Positions 19,397-28,534 of a stretch of DNA of 39,306 nucleotides are shown here, one piece after another. This stretch comes from a virus (Duplodnaviria > Caudoviricetes), in the IMG/VR virus record IMGVR_UViG_3300031922_000114, positions 1 to 39,306 of that record; one strand, given 5' to 3'. Below the pieces are notes generated by a model, which worked only from the letters and a program-made list of their open reading frames with translations, ran no database searches and had not been told where the DNA came from. A program made the translations under genes and the position numbers. Within the stretch, counting starts at the first letter, position 1. Every line of letters starts with the position of its first letter.

Positions 19397-19679
19397 CCGA
19401 TGGTTCTTCCTTTACTTTATAGTTTTCTTGAAATAGAATTGCATCTATTCCGTGGGCAAAGTTATTGGGTATTTTTCCCATAAGGGAGCGATTATAATAC
19501 CAATGTTGAATAAGGAGCAGTTGCACAATATCCACTAATTCGTTTGATTCATAATCGCTTACTGCATTTTTAATATATCGTTCAGATGCTTTTATCAGTT
19601 TGCCAATAAAAACATCATCATCTGAAAAATCAATTCGCAAATAACTTTTAGTTTCTTCTAGTGTTATCAATATAACCAC
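19383..19679 (-). CDS. Head-tail connector (HK97 gp6-like)
   Basis: TLEETKSYLRID..DDD...HWYYNR. Confidence 0.9.
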   Translation of the reverse strand: MVILITLEETKSYLRIDFSDDDVFIGKLIKASERYIKNAVSDYESNELVDIVQLLLIQHWYYNRSLMGKIPNNFAHGIDAILFQENYKVKEEPSDESG

Positions 19680-19691
19680 CCCTTATCATTT

Positions 19692-20897
19692 TTATTCACC
19701 TGTTGGTGGAGTTTCTGGTGTTGGTTCAACTACTTGTTTAACATGAACTACTCTGTTTTCAGTAGGTGCTGATAGGTTGATATTTAAGTATGCTTTTTCA
19801 TCTTTAGTTACAACATCGTCTCTTTGAATAGCACGAATTAAAGTCAAGTTCTTAGTAAACCCTGCCTCTTTTGAAACAGCTATAATCATTTGTTCACGAT
19901 CCATGAATTTTACTGCTTCTTCAAGATTACCTATATACAAAGGACTCTTTCCTGCAGCATCTGGTATATTCCCATTTGAATAAACTTCAATGTTTACACC
20001 ATTGAACATTTTCTTTGTTGGTTCGGTTGGATTTGGTTGTAATAGTGGACGGCCAACTGCATCAGCCCAGTTATCCATAATATTAAATCCATTTTGATTT
20101 GTTATTATTACTGTTCCTTTCATTAACTCTGGATCAAGTTTAGTATTCATGGCACTCTTTACTTCTTCCGGAGTAGAGCAATCTAGTTTAATACCATTTG
20201 CTTTTAAGACATCTAAAATCTTCTTATTGTCAGTTATTACTGATTTTCTAGTAAACCATTTCATAATATATTTCCATAGTCCACCTTTTTCATCTGATAA
20301 TAATGTGTTTGAGATTGGTAGAATTCCACCTTTATCTTTAATTGCAAAACCTTTTTGTTTTAATGTAGGAGAAGTTAGCTCACCAATTTCAGTTCCTTCA
20401 GTCAAATCAACTAATGGTTCTATACTGTCGCCATTCTCATAAACGAATGTTCCACTTGTTGTTCCTGTTGTTTGAACATCAACATATTGCTTTAATGGTT
20501 TATATTGTCTTTTTAATTCATTTATCTCAGTATAAATATCTTCTGGAACTATTACTGCAACACTATTTTGGTCCTCTAACGGATCAGTAGTTTCTACCAA
20601 GATATCTCTTTCTTCAACGGTTAATTTTTTACCTTGAATAAATCTTGTTAACACATTTCTAGATTCTAATTTTTTCTTTTCACTACGTGTAGCATCTTCT
20701 GGTTCTGTTACTTTTGTGTCATCTACAACATCTTCAAGTTCTGACATTTGTTCTTCTAACACAATTTCTTTCTTAATGCTCTCGGCTTCATTTGTTAATT
20801 TTTGTCCTTCTTCAATATTTCCTGAATCGATAGCAGTTCTCGCTTCTTTTAACTTTGCAGTTAATTTTCTTCTTAATTCTTGTAATTTTTTATTCAT
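19692..20897 (-). CDS. Major capsid protein, HK97 family
   Basis: N-terminal coiled-coil delta domain, VIVPEDI, ISNTLLSD, TNQNGFN, DAVGRPLLQP and LYIGNL. Confidence 0.93.
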   Translation of the reverse strand: MNKKLQELRRKLTAKLKEARTAIDSGNIEEGQKLTNEAESIKKEIVLEEQMSELEDVVDDTKVTEPEDATRSEKKKLESRNVLTRFIQGKKLTVEERDILVETTDPLEDQNSVAVIVPEDIYTEINELKRQYKPLKQYVDVQTTGTTSGTFVYENGDSIEPLVDLTEGTEIGELTSPTLKQKGFAIKDKGGILPISNTLLSDEKGGLWKYIMKWFTRKSVITDNKKILDVLKANGIKLDCSTPEEVKSAMNTKLDPELMKGTVIITNQNGFNIMDNWADAVGRPLLQPNPTEPTKKMFNGVNIEVYSNGNIPDAAGKSPLYIGNLEEAVKFMDREQMIIAVSKEAGFTKNLTLIRAIQRDDVVTKDEKAYLNINLSAPTENRVVHVKQVVEPTPETPPTGE

Positions 20898-20928
20898 CTT
20901 TCATCTCTCTCTTTCTTTTTTTTAAAAT

Positions 20929-21531
20929 TTAAATTTCTAGAAGTCTTATAGTTGCTTCTAGTTTTTGTTTTGTTATTTCATGTCGTTCTTCCTTAGTTTT
21001 TAAATTTCTTTGTTCAAGTGAACGGGTTCCTGCTTCCGAACTTGGATAAGCCGGAAAAGCAGTTGGCGATATTTCCACTAGATCAATATCTAGCAATGTT
21101 CTTTCATAAACATCTTCATCTTTTAAATATTCCCATTTATCACCATTCTCTCTAACATAAAAACCGAACGACACACCATCAACATCACCTCTCTTTATGC
21201 TTTCATATAAATCTCTAGCCTGACTAGTGTTAGGCAAGTCGATTTCAAAAAATAAGCCTTCATTATCTTCCTTGAGTGATAAAGTTCTCGATTTAGTACT
21301 ACCAAGAACGACATCAGTATTATGATTCCAGAGTGCCTTGATTATATTTCCTTCAAGACTTCTTGCAAATGCACCCTTGCATACTTTCTCGTACCATTCA
21401 TCGTATAATAAAAGACTACGTTCATTAAATTTTAGAACATAGCCTCTTATTATTTTTTTATCTGGTTTTTCAGTATCTTCAGCAACTCGGAGTTCTGAAC
21501 TTACTGTGTACCTAATTTCCTTCTGATTCAT
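20929..21531 (-). CDS. HK97-family prohead protease
   Basis: ALWNH, LGST, RGDVDGVSFGF and EISPTAFPAY. Confidence 0.95.
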   Translation of the reverse strand: MNQKEIRYTVSSELRVAEDTEKPDKKIIRGYVLKFNERSLLLYDEWYEKVCKGAFARSLEGNIIKALWNHNTDVVLGSTKSRTLSLKEDNEGLFFEIDLPNTSQARDLYESIKRGDVDGVSFGFYVRENGDKWEYLKDEDVYERTLLDIDLVEISPTAFPAYPSSEAGTRSLEQRNLKTKEERHEITKQKLEATIRLLEI

Positions 21532-22849
21532 CAGTTTTCACACCTCCTTTCCCATCTTCACTTTCATTTACGGAATTGCCTGCCGCTTTATTTGGTGATG
21601 ACTTATTTTTAATTTTCCCTTTTTGATATTCGTTCATAAGATCAATATCAATGTAATTTAAACTCATATAGTGTTTATCACCATTATCAATTTTATCTCG
21701 ATCTTCTAATTCTCTCACTTCATTTATAGAATATATACCCAAATGCATCATTTTCTCATAATAATTAGCCCTTGCTGTTGAATCACCACGTAATAATGAA
21801 TTCAAGTTAAACTTAAAATAAAATTTTGAAGAAAAAAACTCATCTTCAGTAAATAACTGATAAGCGAGTTCTTGCTCCCAACTAATAAGCAATGGTGACA
21901 ATGTGTCACGTACAAATTCTAGTGACTGTTGTTCTATATTTGAAAATGTGGCTCGTTCTAAATCGGCTAGCATGTGCGGGGGTACATTATAGATTCTTGC
22001 AATTTCTGCAATACTAAATCTTTGAGTTTCAATGTACTGTGCATCACTTTGATTTATTCCTAGCGCTTGATAGTCAAGTCCAGCATCAAGAATTGCTACT
22101 CGATGAGAGTTTTCCAATCCCTTATTAAATTTTTCCCATTCTTGCCTAATTATCTCTTTTGCTTCTGGTTTTAGTTGTTGTGGTACTTTTAATACCCCAC
22201 TTGACATTGTTCCATTCTGATAAAATTGACCCGTAAATCTTTGACCAGCAATTTGGATACCAATTGTTTCTCTTGCAACTTCTATAGGACTCTTTCCATT
22301 TAAACCATCAGTAGATAATCCTTTTATGTGCAAAACACTTGCATATTTAAGATATGCTATTTCGCCATTTGGAAGAGTTGTCTGGACTAAATATCTTTTA
22401 ATATTACCGTTTGTATCTTTCTCGGCTACTACCTTTGTTTTAGTAGGATTAAGTATCCATAATGCTTTAGGATATCCGGTTTTAGACCATTCAATTTCTG
22501 CAAAGGCATTTCCATAAAGTTGCCGATGAGATTCCATTGTTTGTTTAAATTGAAAAGGTGTCATATAAGGATTTGGTCTAAATTCTATAATTTTAGCAAT
22601 ATCATGTTCAGAGGCTCTAACTCTCTTACCACCTTTATTTTTAAATAGTTGTAACGGAAGCATCGCAACGTGATTAGATAGGATTCTTACACAAGCATAT
22701 ATTGCAGCTATATTCATTGCTTCTTTAGTAGTTACCTTTTCACCTGAGTATGTTTCGTTTCCACCTAATAAATGAATTAGCCATTTTTGTGGATTGTTTA
22801 AATCGCTTATTTCGCTTCTTTTAAAATATTTTTTTATCTTTTCAAACAT
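21512..22849 (-). CDS. Portal protein, HK97 family
   Basis: RPNPYMT, YGNAF, GKSPI, EIARIYNVPPHM, FSNIEQQ, LLRGD and NEVRELE. Confidence 0.95.
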   Translation of the reverse strand: MFEKIKKYFKRSEISDLNNPQKWLIHLLGGNETYSGEKVTTKEAMNIAAIYACVRILSNHVAMLPLQLFKNKGGKRVRASEHDIAKIIEFRPNPYMTPFQFKQTMESHRQLYGNAFAEIEWSKTGYPKALWILNPTKTKVVAEKDTNGNIKRYLVQTTLPNGEIAYLKYASVLHIKGLSTDGLNGKSPIEVARETIGIQIAGQRFTGQFYQNGTMSSGVLKVPQQLKPEAKEIIRQEWEKFNKGLENSHRVAILDAGLDYQALGINQSDAQYIETQRFSIAEIARIYNVPPHMLADLERATFSNIEQQSLEFVRDTLSPLLISWEQELAYQLFTEDEFFSSKFYFKFNLNSLLRGDSTARANYYEKMMHLGIYSINEVRELEDRDKIDNGDKHYMSLNYIDIDLMNEYQKGKIKNKSSPNKAAGNSVNESEDGKGGVKTDESEGN

Positions 22850-22866
22850 CTTTTATCACTTCCTTT

Positions 22867-24408
22867 CTAAAATCTATAGCCTGCACTCATTATGTGAATA
22901 TTTATATCTGGTTCATTAGTATTTAGCCTTGCAAGTGTATGGCTTATTATCATAGCCGATGCTGGATCAATACGAAATCTTGCTTTGCTTTTATCAAGCA
23001 TTTTATTCTCGTTTGCATCTGTTTTTGTAATTGCATTGCTTACCGCCCATCTAAGCAATGGGTTATTTCCTGCAATAATTCTTTTTTGCAAGACTAATGC
23101 TTCTATGTCTTTTGTCGGTTCAGACAATGTTACCATTCCTTGCCTTACTTCTACCATCAAAAAACCATCGGCTGTCATGTCATTGGCAAATTGTGTTGCA
23201 TTATAAGGATCATATCCAATTTGCTTTACTACATATTTGATAGCTAGTTCCTTTATATAGCTCTTTATATATTCGTAGTCAACAACATCACCTTCAGTTA
23301 ATGTTATATATCCTTGCTTCGCCCATAATGAATATGGCACTCGATCGCTTTTTTCCCTTTCTAAAAGCCTGTTTTTAGGCATGAAACTATGAGATAGCAT
23401 TATATATCGGTTATCAACTCGAAACTCCGTATTTACTGACGTTAAATCGATTTTAGATGATAAATCTATCCCTATTGTACACTCACATCCAATTAAACTA
23501 TCAAAATCAAAATTTTGATCTGATGCTTTCCAAGCTGTCATATTCATCCAACTTATTTCACCATTCACCCATTGATTTAAGTAAAGTCTGCGAAACGTCG
23601 CTTCTGCTGTCGGAAGTTCTTTTGCCCTTTTAGAAAGTTGCCTCATTTCATCAATACTTCTGAATATATGAAGCGCTGGATTTGCCTGTTCCCATACCTT
23701 TTCATCATAAATATCTGCATCTTCTGGTGCTTCATATATTACCGGATAGAACGTTTCATCCTTAACAATTCCATCTAATATCTTTTTTGCATAGGTATAT
23801 AACTCATAACATATCGTATTTGTTTCAACACCCGCTGTCGTGATACTTATTAGTAATGGTTGTTTCCTTGCACCTTGGCTTGTTTTCATCAAGTCATACA
23901 GTTTTCTGTTTTTAGCAGCATGAATTTCATCGTAAACTACAACATGCGCATTGAAACCATCTTTAGTATTCGTTTCAGCTGATAATGCCTTATAAAAAGA
24001 GTTGGTTTCTACTCTTACAATCTTTTTCTGCGATTCTAGTATTTTACATTTCTTAAAAAGAGTCTTATTCATCCGTATCATTGCCGCAGCAGCATTAAAA
24101 ATTTTACTTGCTTGTTCTCTATCATTAGCACAGGAATATATTTCAGCTCCATATTCATCATCTAAAAATAAAAAATAAACCAGCAAAGCTGCTATTAATT
24201 CTGTTTTCCCATTTTTTCTTGGCAAAAAAATAAACGCTTCTCGATACTGCCTAGTTAAGTCTTCGTTTAGCGTCCCAATTAAATCTCTTATAATTTTATC
24301 TTGAAATGGAATTAAATTAAATTGCTTTCTTGCGAATTCACCTTGTGTATTTTTTAAAAGTTTTATAAATTTGATTGCAGTATCGGCTTTTTTTGTATCA
24401 AGAACCAT
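22867..24408 (-). CDS. terL: Terminase large subunit
   Basis: Walker A PRKNGKT, Walker B VVVYDEIH, ITTAG, nuclease motifs GIDLS, YDPYNA and RIDP. Confidence 0.96.
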   Translation of the reverse strand: MVLDTKKADTAIKFIKLLKNTQGEFARKQFNLIPFQDKIIRDLIGTLNEDLTRQYREAFIFLPRKNGKTELIAALLVYFLFLDDEYGAEIYSCANDREQASKIFNAAAAMIRMNKTLFKKCKILESQKKIVRVETNSFYKALSAETNTKDGFNAHVVVYDEIHAAKNRKLYDLMKTSQGARKQPLLISITTAGVETNTICYELYTYAKKILDGIVKDETFYPVIYEAPEDADIYDEKVWEQANPALHIFRSIDEMRQLSKRAKELPTAEATFRRLYLNQWVNGEISWMNMTAWKASDQNFDFDSLIGCECTIGIDLSSKIDLTSVNTEFRVDNRYIMLSHSFMPKNRLLEREKSDRVPYSLWAKQGYITLTEGDVVDYEYIKSYIKELAIKYVVKQIGYDPYNATQFANDMTADGFLMVEVRQGMVTLSEPTKDIEALVLQKRIIAGNNPLLRWAVSNAITKTDANENKMLDKSKARFRIDPASAMIISHTLARLNTNEPDINIHIMSAGYRF

Positions 24409-24411
24409 TTT

Positions 24412-24906
24412 CTATTCAAAACCCTTCAAGAGTTCTTCCATTTCATCATCGCTTGTATCACCAGGTAGTTGCATTCTACCTCTTGATGATGGAGTAAGTC
24501 CAAATTCGCACATGAGTTCTTTTGCTAATTTCAAATATCTATGTGAAATTGAAACTTGTGGTATTTGTTGAACATAACCACTAGGAGTTTTAATAATAGT
24601 TGAGTTTGCTTTATCTATTTGCATTTCTGCTTCTTTATATCTACTCCAACATTTACAGTACGCTTCAAGAGCGGATGTATCATTTTTCTTTAGCAACCCT
24701 AAATCAACAAGAATCGGAGTTACTCTTTCCCATTCTTCTTTTGCAATCTTGTCATTCTTTATCCAATCTGGTATATCTAATTCTTCACGCGAATTAAAAA
24801 TCGGGATACTTTTCTCAAACTCAATTCTATCTGTAATATCTCTTTTTCCGGGATTATCATTTGCAACGTGTATAACTGTTGGTTTTGGTTTTGGTCCTCG
24901 ATTCAT
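24412..24906 (-). CDS. terS: Terminase small subunit, P27 family
   Basis: RGPKPKPT...AKEEW...LEAYC...EFGLTPSSR. Confidence 0.95.
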   Translation of the reverse strand: MNRGPKPKPTVIHVANDNPGKRDITDRIEFEKSIPIFNSREELDIPDWIKNDKIAKEEWERVTPILVDLGLLKKNDTSALEAYCKCWSRYKEAEMQIDKANSTIIKTPSGYVQQIPQVSISHRYLKLAKELMCEFGLTPSSRGRMQLPGDTSDDEMEELLKGFE

Positions 24907-24917
24907 AATAATCCCTC

Positions 24918-26255
24918 CTAGCTTGTTATTTTATCATTTCCCTCCATTATTTCTTCATATGAATATTCATTACCTTCTCGTATTAGTCTAATATTCTCTT
25001 TACCTACAAACTCTTTATATCTTGTTACTGTTGCATCTACATATTTCTCATCCAGTTCAATACCATAAGCTATTCTTCCTAGTTGTTCGCAAGCAATAAT
25101 TATTGAACCCGAACCGCAGAACGGATCGAGTATGAGATCATTTTTTTGACTTGAATTTTTGAGTAACTTACCGAGTAAAGTAATTGGTTTCATTGTAGGG
25201 TGTAAATCACTGCTTGTTGGTTTATCATTATAAATAACTGTTGTTCTCTCGTTTTCTGCATCTACGACTTTTTGAAACAATTCCACAAGTTCACTCTTGC
25301 TCATTTTCTTAGGATTGAAAGTAACAAAATCATCAATTACTGTATCCTTATCTCTGTCGCCATACCAACTATGCGCCGCTCCTGATTTCCAACCATATAA
25401 TATTGGTTCATGTCGCCAATGGTAATCTTGTCTACACAATACCATTCCGTTTTTAACCCATATTAGACATTGTTTTAAATCTATGCCAGATTCAGTCATT
25501 GCTTTTCTAAAATTTACTCCTTCAACATCTGAGTGAAATACATATATAGGAGAACCTGGTTTCATACTATTGCAAGTACATTGATAAAATGAAAGTAGAA
25601 ACTTATAAAAACTCTCGCTTGATGCGAAATTATCATTCTTTATTTTCATTCCATTACTGCCTTCGTAGTCCACATTATAAGGTGGATCTGTTATTACAGC
25701 ATCTACCTTTTTGCTACCTAATAATTTGTTGTATGTTTGTGGGTTTGTAGAATCACCACATATTAATCTGTGACTACCTAGTTCCCAAATATCACCCTGT
25801 TTAGTTTTGGGTACTTCAGGAGTGTTTTTATCTAAATCAAAATTATCTTCCTTGACTTCTTCTATTCCAAACATTTTTGAATATTCTTCACTATCAAAAC
25901 CAGTTAATTCCATAACTCCTATAGTATTTAATTCTTCTAATAAAACTCCTAGTTTAGATATATCCCATTCACCTGAAATTTTATTAAGGGCAATGTTGAG
26001 TGCTTTTTCATCATCTTTAGACAAATCAACAATTACACACTCTACTTCTTTATACCCCATAGCTTTCATAACTGTAGCTCTTTGATGTCCACCAATTATT
26101 GTATTGTCATTATTTATAATAATTGGATCAACATATCCAAAATGTTCTATTGATTTTTTTATCTTTTGATATTCTTCATCAGCTGGTTTCAATTCTTTTC
26201 TTGGATTATAATCTGCATATTTTAATTCTTCAATCTTTATTTTTTGAATGTTCAT
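24918..26255 (-). CDS. ParB-like domain fused to a beta-class N4/N6 DNA methyltransferase
   Basis: YNPRK...GYVDPII...IGGHQR, then HRLICGDS, TDPPYN, HPTMKP and LDPFCGSGS. Confidence 0.93.
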   Translation of the reverse strand: MNIQKIKIEELKYADYNPRKELKPADEEYQKIKKSIEHFGYVDPIIINNDNTIIGGHQRATVMKAMGYKEVECVIVDLSKDDEKALNIALNKISGEWDISKLGVLLEELNTIGVMELTGFDSEEYSKMFGIEEVKEDNFDLDKNTPEVPKTKQGDIWELGSHRLICGDSTNPQTYNKLLGSKKVDAVITDPPYNVDYEGSNGMKIKNDNFASSESFYKFLLSFYQCTCNSMKPGSPIYVFHSDVEGVNFRKAMTESGIDLKQCLIWVKNGMVLCRQDYHWRHEPILYGWKSGAAHSWYGDRDKDTVIDDFVTFNPKKMSKSELVELFQKVVDAENERTTVIYNDKPTSSDLHPTMKPITLLGKLLKNSSQKNDLILDPFCGSGSIIIACEQLGRIAYGIELDEKYVDATVTRYKEFVGKENIRLIREGNEYSYEEIMEGNDKITS

Positions 26256-26277
26256 TTATTTATTCCTTTCTTGCAAC

Positions 26278-26300
26278 AAAAAACTAGCAAATTTGCTAGT
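26278..26300 (-). terminator. Intrinsic terminator after the NucS-like gene
   Basis: Perfect 18-bp palindrome ACTAGCAAATTTGCTAGT (26283-26300) running into a T tract on the minus strand. Confidence 0.75.
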
Positions 26301-27186
26301 CTTGATTTTCTTCATTATTTATTGTTTTTCCAGTAAACTCTTCATAAGCTGTTTTCAACAATTCCATTATTTTATCTTTTGAATCAGTAATGTCATTTTG
26401 TTTTACTCTTATTCTATATTGTGACCATTGATTGTCATATGCTAATTGATCCAGTTCAGATTCATTTAAGAACTTGTCTGTAGTTTCATTCCTTTTTATT
26501 TTAAAAGAAATTTGTAGAGTTTCTCTTCTTGGCGTAAATGTAACAAAGTTTTTTGCTACATCGTTTTGAGTTAAGCCAATATAATGTTTATTATATTTTA
26601 GATTATATCCTTCAACAAATTCTTCAATATAAGATAAGATTTTATCAGTTAATTTTACAGTATCTTTTGATCCTCTTTTTTCCCAATAAAGTTTATCTAC
26701 AATTTCACCGGCTTCTTGTTCTTCATCTGGTGTTATTAAATCTAAAACCTTAGTAAAATCCAATCCGATTTCATTTCCATACTTTATTGCTTTTAATTGT
26801 ATAGCCATAATTGGAATTGAATTATTAAATAAAGAGATTACATTAAAAAATCTATTTGTAATATCTTCTGCAATTATTACAGCAACATATTTATAGTTTG
26901 CATTTCTCTTTCTTTCGTTATCCCAATATTCAATAGTCCTTATGATATGCGTTTCATCAGTTTTACCCAATTGTAATTCGACTGCGTATCTAGTGTCACT
27001 AGCATCATCTTGCAATAGAATATCTAATCGGCCACCTGATTGTTGTATTTTTTCTGATTGTCTTAAAGTCAAGTCACCAAGTCCTAATATACTTGGATCT
27101 TCTTCTATTTTTTGTTGAACCCATTTTTCATTTATTTCATTATGATTTTTTAATGATATTGTTTCTAATTTAATATATTTTTCCAT
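26296..27186 (-). CDS. NucS/EndoMS-like PD-(D/E)xK-fold nuclease with DUF5655-like C-terminal domain
   Basis: NEKWVQ...GGRLDILL...YAVELQLG..DETHIIRTIEYW; C-terminal LKYNKHYIGL...NFVTF; ATG 27186 has GGAGGG RBS. Confidence 0.7.
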   Translation of the reverse strand: MEKYIKLETISLKNHNEINEKWVQQKIEEDPSILGLGDLTLRQSEKIQQSGGRLDILLQDDASDTRYAVELQLGKTDETHIIRTIEYWDNERKRNANYKYVAVIIAEDITNRFFNVISLFNNSIPIMAIQLKAIKYGNEIGLDFTKVLDLITPDEEQEAGEIVDKLYWEKRGSKDTVKLTDKILSYIEEFVEGYNLKYNKHYIGLTQNDVAKNFVTFTPRRETLQISFKIKRNETTDKFLNESELDQLAYDNQWSQYRIRVKQNDITDSKDKIMELLKTAYEEFTGKTINNEENQD

Positions 27187-27232
27187 ATAAGCCCTCCGCC
27201 ATTTATATTTTATCATTTTTCATTTAATTTTG

Positions 27233-27330
27233 ATACCCCCCTTATGAAATACGCGATTTCACACACGTAGCTGGGGGCCGTTTTCCTTGTCATACATCGC
27301 TAGATTTGAAAGGGTGGGGGTTATGGTCTA
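27233..27330 (-). other. Probable cos packaging region (3'-overhang type)
   Basis: GC-rich island directly downstream of HNH: CCCCCACCC...GGAAAACGGCCCCCAGCTACG...AATCGCGTATTTCATAAGGGGGGTA; candidate cos CGGCCCCCAG at 27280-27271. Confidence 0.6.
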
Positions 27331-27661
27331 TCTTGTTGTGACAAGCTTCACAAAGGCTCTCTAAATTGTCCAAATCTAGTCTTTTATTATAATCTATCTT
27401 AATTGGTATCTTGTGATGAACCATCTCTGCCAGTTTAACTATCCCTTGGCTTCTGCAACTCACGCAAAGATAACCATCTCTTTTTAGTACAAGCATCCTC
27501 AGTTGTTGCCATTCTTTACTATAATAAAAACGAACATAATCTTTATCAGTTCGTTCTTTGTTATACTTATTAATTTCTTGTTTATGTGTTTCGCAATATC
27601 TCTCTCTAGTTAAATTACTACAATTAGGTTTATAACATAAATGAAGTGGTTTATTCGGCAT
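27290..27661 (-). CDS. HNH endonuclease (terminase-associated, HK97 gp74-like)
   Basis: FYYSKEW...LKRDGYLCVSC...VHHKIP...NLESLCEACHN. Confidence 0.93.
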   Translation of the reverse strand: MPNKPLHLCYKPNCSNLTRERYCETHKQEINKYNKERTDKDYVRFYYSKEWQQLRMLVLKRDGYLCVSCRSQGIVKLAEMVHHKIPIKIDYNKRLDLDNLESLCEACHNKIDHNPHPFKSSDV

Positions 27662-27851
27662 CTTCAAATCTTATGTCTATTAAATCTATACTATCTTCTT
27701 CGACAGGTATAGTGTGTATTATAATACTCCGTCCTGATATATTTGTTTTAAATTTAAAGTCGCCAATATGTTCTACATCACCAACATTTATAAATATGCT
27801 TTCAAGAAGTTCCTTAATTGCATTAGTATTATTTAATAGTCTTATTTTCAT
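27651..27851 (-). CDS. Hypothetical protein (66 aa)
   Basis: Overlaps both neighbours in a co-oriented gene string. Confidence 0.55.
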   Translation of the reverse strand: MKIRLLNNTNAIKELLESIFINVGDVEHIGDFKFKTNISGRSIIIHTIPVEEDSIDLIDIRFEDAE

Positions 27852-28065
27852 TTCTTATTCTCTTTATTTCATCTAAACTCATTGTACTAATTAACTGTTG
27901 AAACAATTTATAATCTGCATCACTAAAACCAATTATTTGACTTTTACCTGATTTAATAAATTTTATTCCAATTGTAATGTTCTTATCATTGCTCATACAC
28001 GATTCAAATATTTTATCTTCCTTACTTAAACCTACTATTGTTACTGACGTTTCTTTTTCTTTCAT
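27829..28065 (-). CDS. Hypothetical protein (78 aa)
   Basis: AGGAGG RBS and ATG. Confidence 0.7.
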   Translation of the reverse strand: MKEKETSVTIVGLSKEDKIFESCMSNDKNITIGIKFIKSGKSQIIGFSDADYKLFQQLISTMSLDEIKRIRNENKTIK

Positions 28066-28073
28066 ATATCCTC

Positions 28074-28340
28074 CTATATTTTTAGTTTTTCATTATGCGT
28101 AGCATTCCAATTTTCAATTGCCCATTTATTACCAGATGATATGACTTGATTTCTTCTACGTTGTTCTGGATTTTGTTCAATGTTTCTTTTTCTAGATTTT
28201 AAATATGAATCAATTCTAGCTGGTATTACTTTTCTATCATTACAATCATCACAACATCTTCCTTCTTTTATCGGTTGTGCATTGTTTCCATATTCATTTT
28301 CACATTCTCTATTACATATACAGCATTTGGGATTTTCCAT
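28074..28340 (-). CDS. Small zinc-finger phage protein
   Basis: CCIC...YGNNAQP...GRCCDDCN...VIPAR; ATG 28340 has AGAAAGGA RBS. Confidence 0.7.
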   Translation of the reverse strand: MENPKCCICNRECENEYGNNAQPIKEGRCCDDCNDRKVIPARIDSYLKSRKRNIEQNPEQRRRNQVISSGNKWAIENWNATHNEKLKI

Positions 28341-28409
28341 ACCATTATCTTCCTTTCTGTATAACAAACAATACCGCACAGCATTATTAATATCCAGTAA
28401 ATAGCAATT

Positions 28410-28438
28410 AAAAAGGACTTATTTAAAAATAAATCCTT
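28410..28438 (-). terminator. Intrinsic terminator closing a short leader transcript
   Basis: AAGGATTTATTT-TT-AAATAAGTCCTT-TTT on the minus strand; the T.G wobble fits the minus strand. Confidence 0.65.
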
Positions 28439-28500
28439 ATTTTTGCCTAGTGCTAGTCAGGAGGACCAGAACAATTCGTAGTAGATCATACTACTACTTT
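28410..28500 (-). ncRNA. Candidate ~90-nt structured small RNA or late leader
   Basis: TATAAT at 28509-28504, hairpin GTAGTAG-TATGAT-CTACTAC, CCTCCT, then a terminator. Confidence 0.4.
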
Positions 28501-28534
28501 ATCATTATACTACAAGTAAAAAACTATAAATGAC

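Noticed and set aside
17705-19740. Pro/Glu/Thr-rich C-termini of capsid (PTPETPPTGE) and major tail (PSTVPEAPEGE) as linkers to frameshifted Ig-like domains
   Set aside because: No slippery site or spare downstream frame; the next genes start within a few nucleotides
18661-27292. Alternative genetic code with TGA as Trp, suggested by the low GC
   Set aside because: TGA ends genes at natural boundaries (18661, 27290), Trp is encoded by TGG and long genes are intact in code 11
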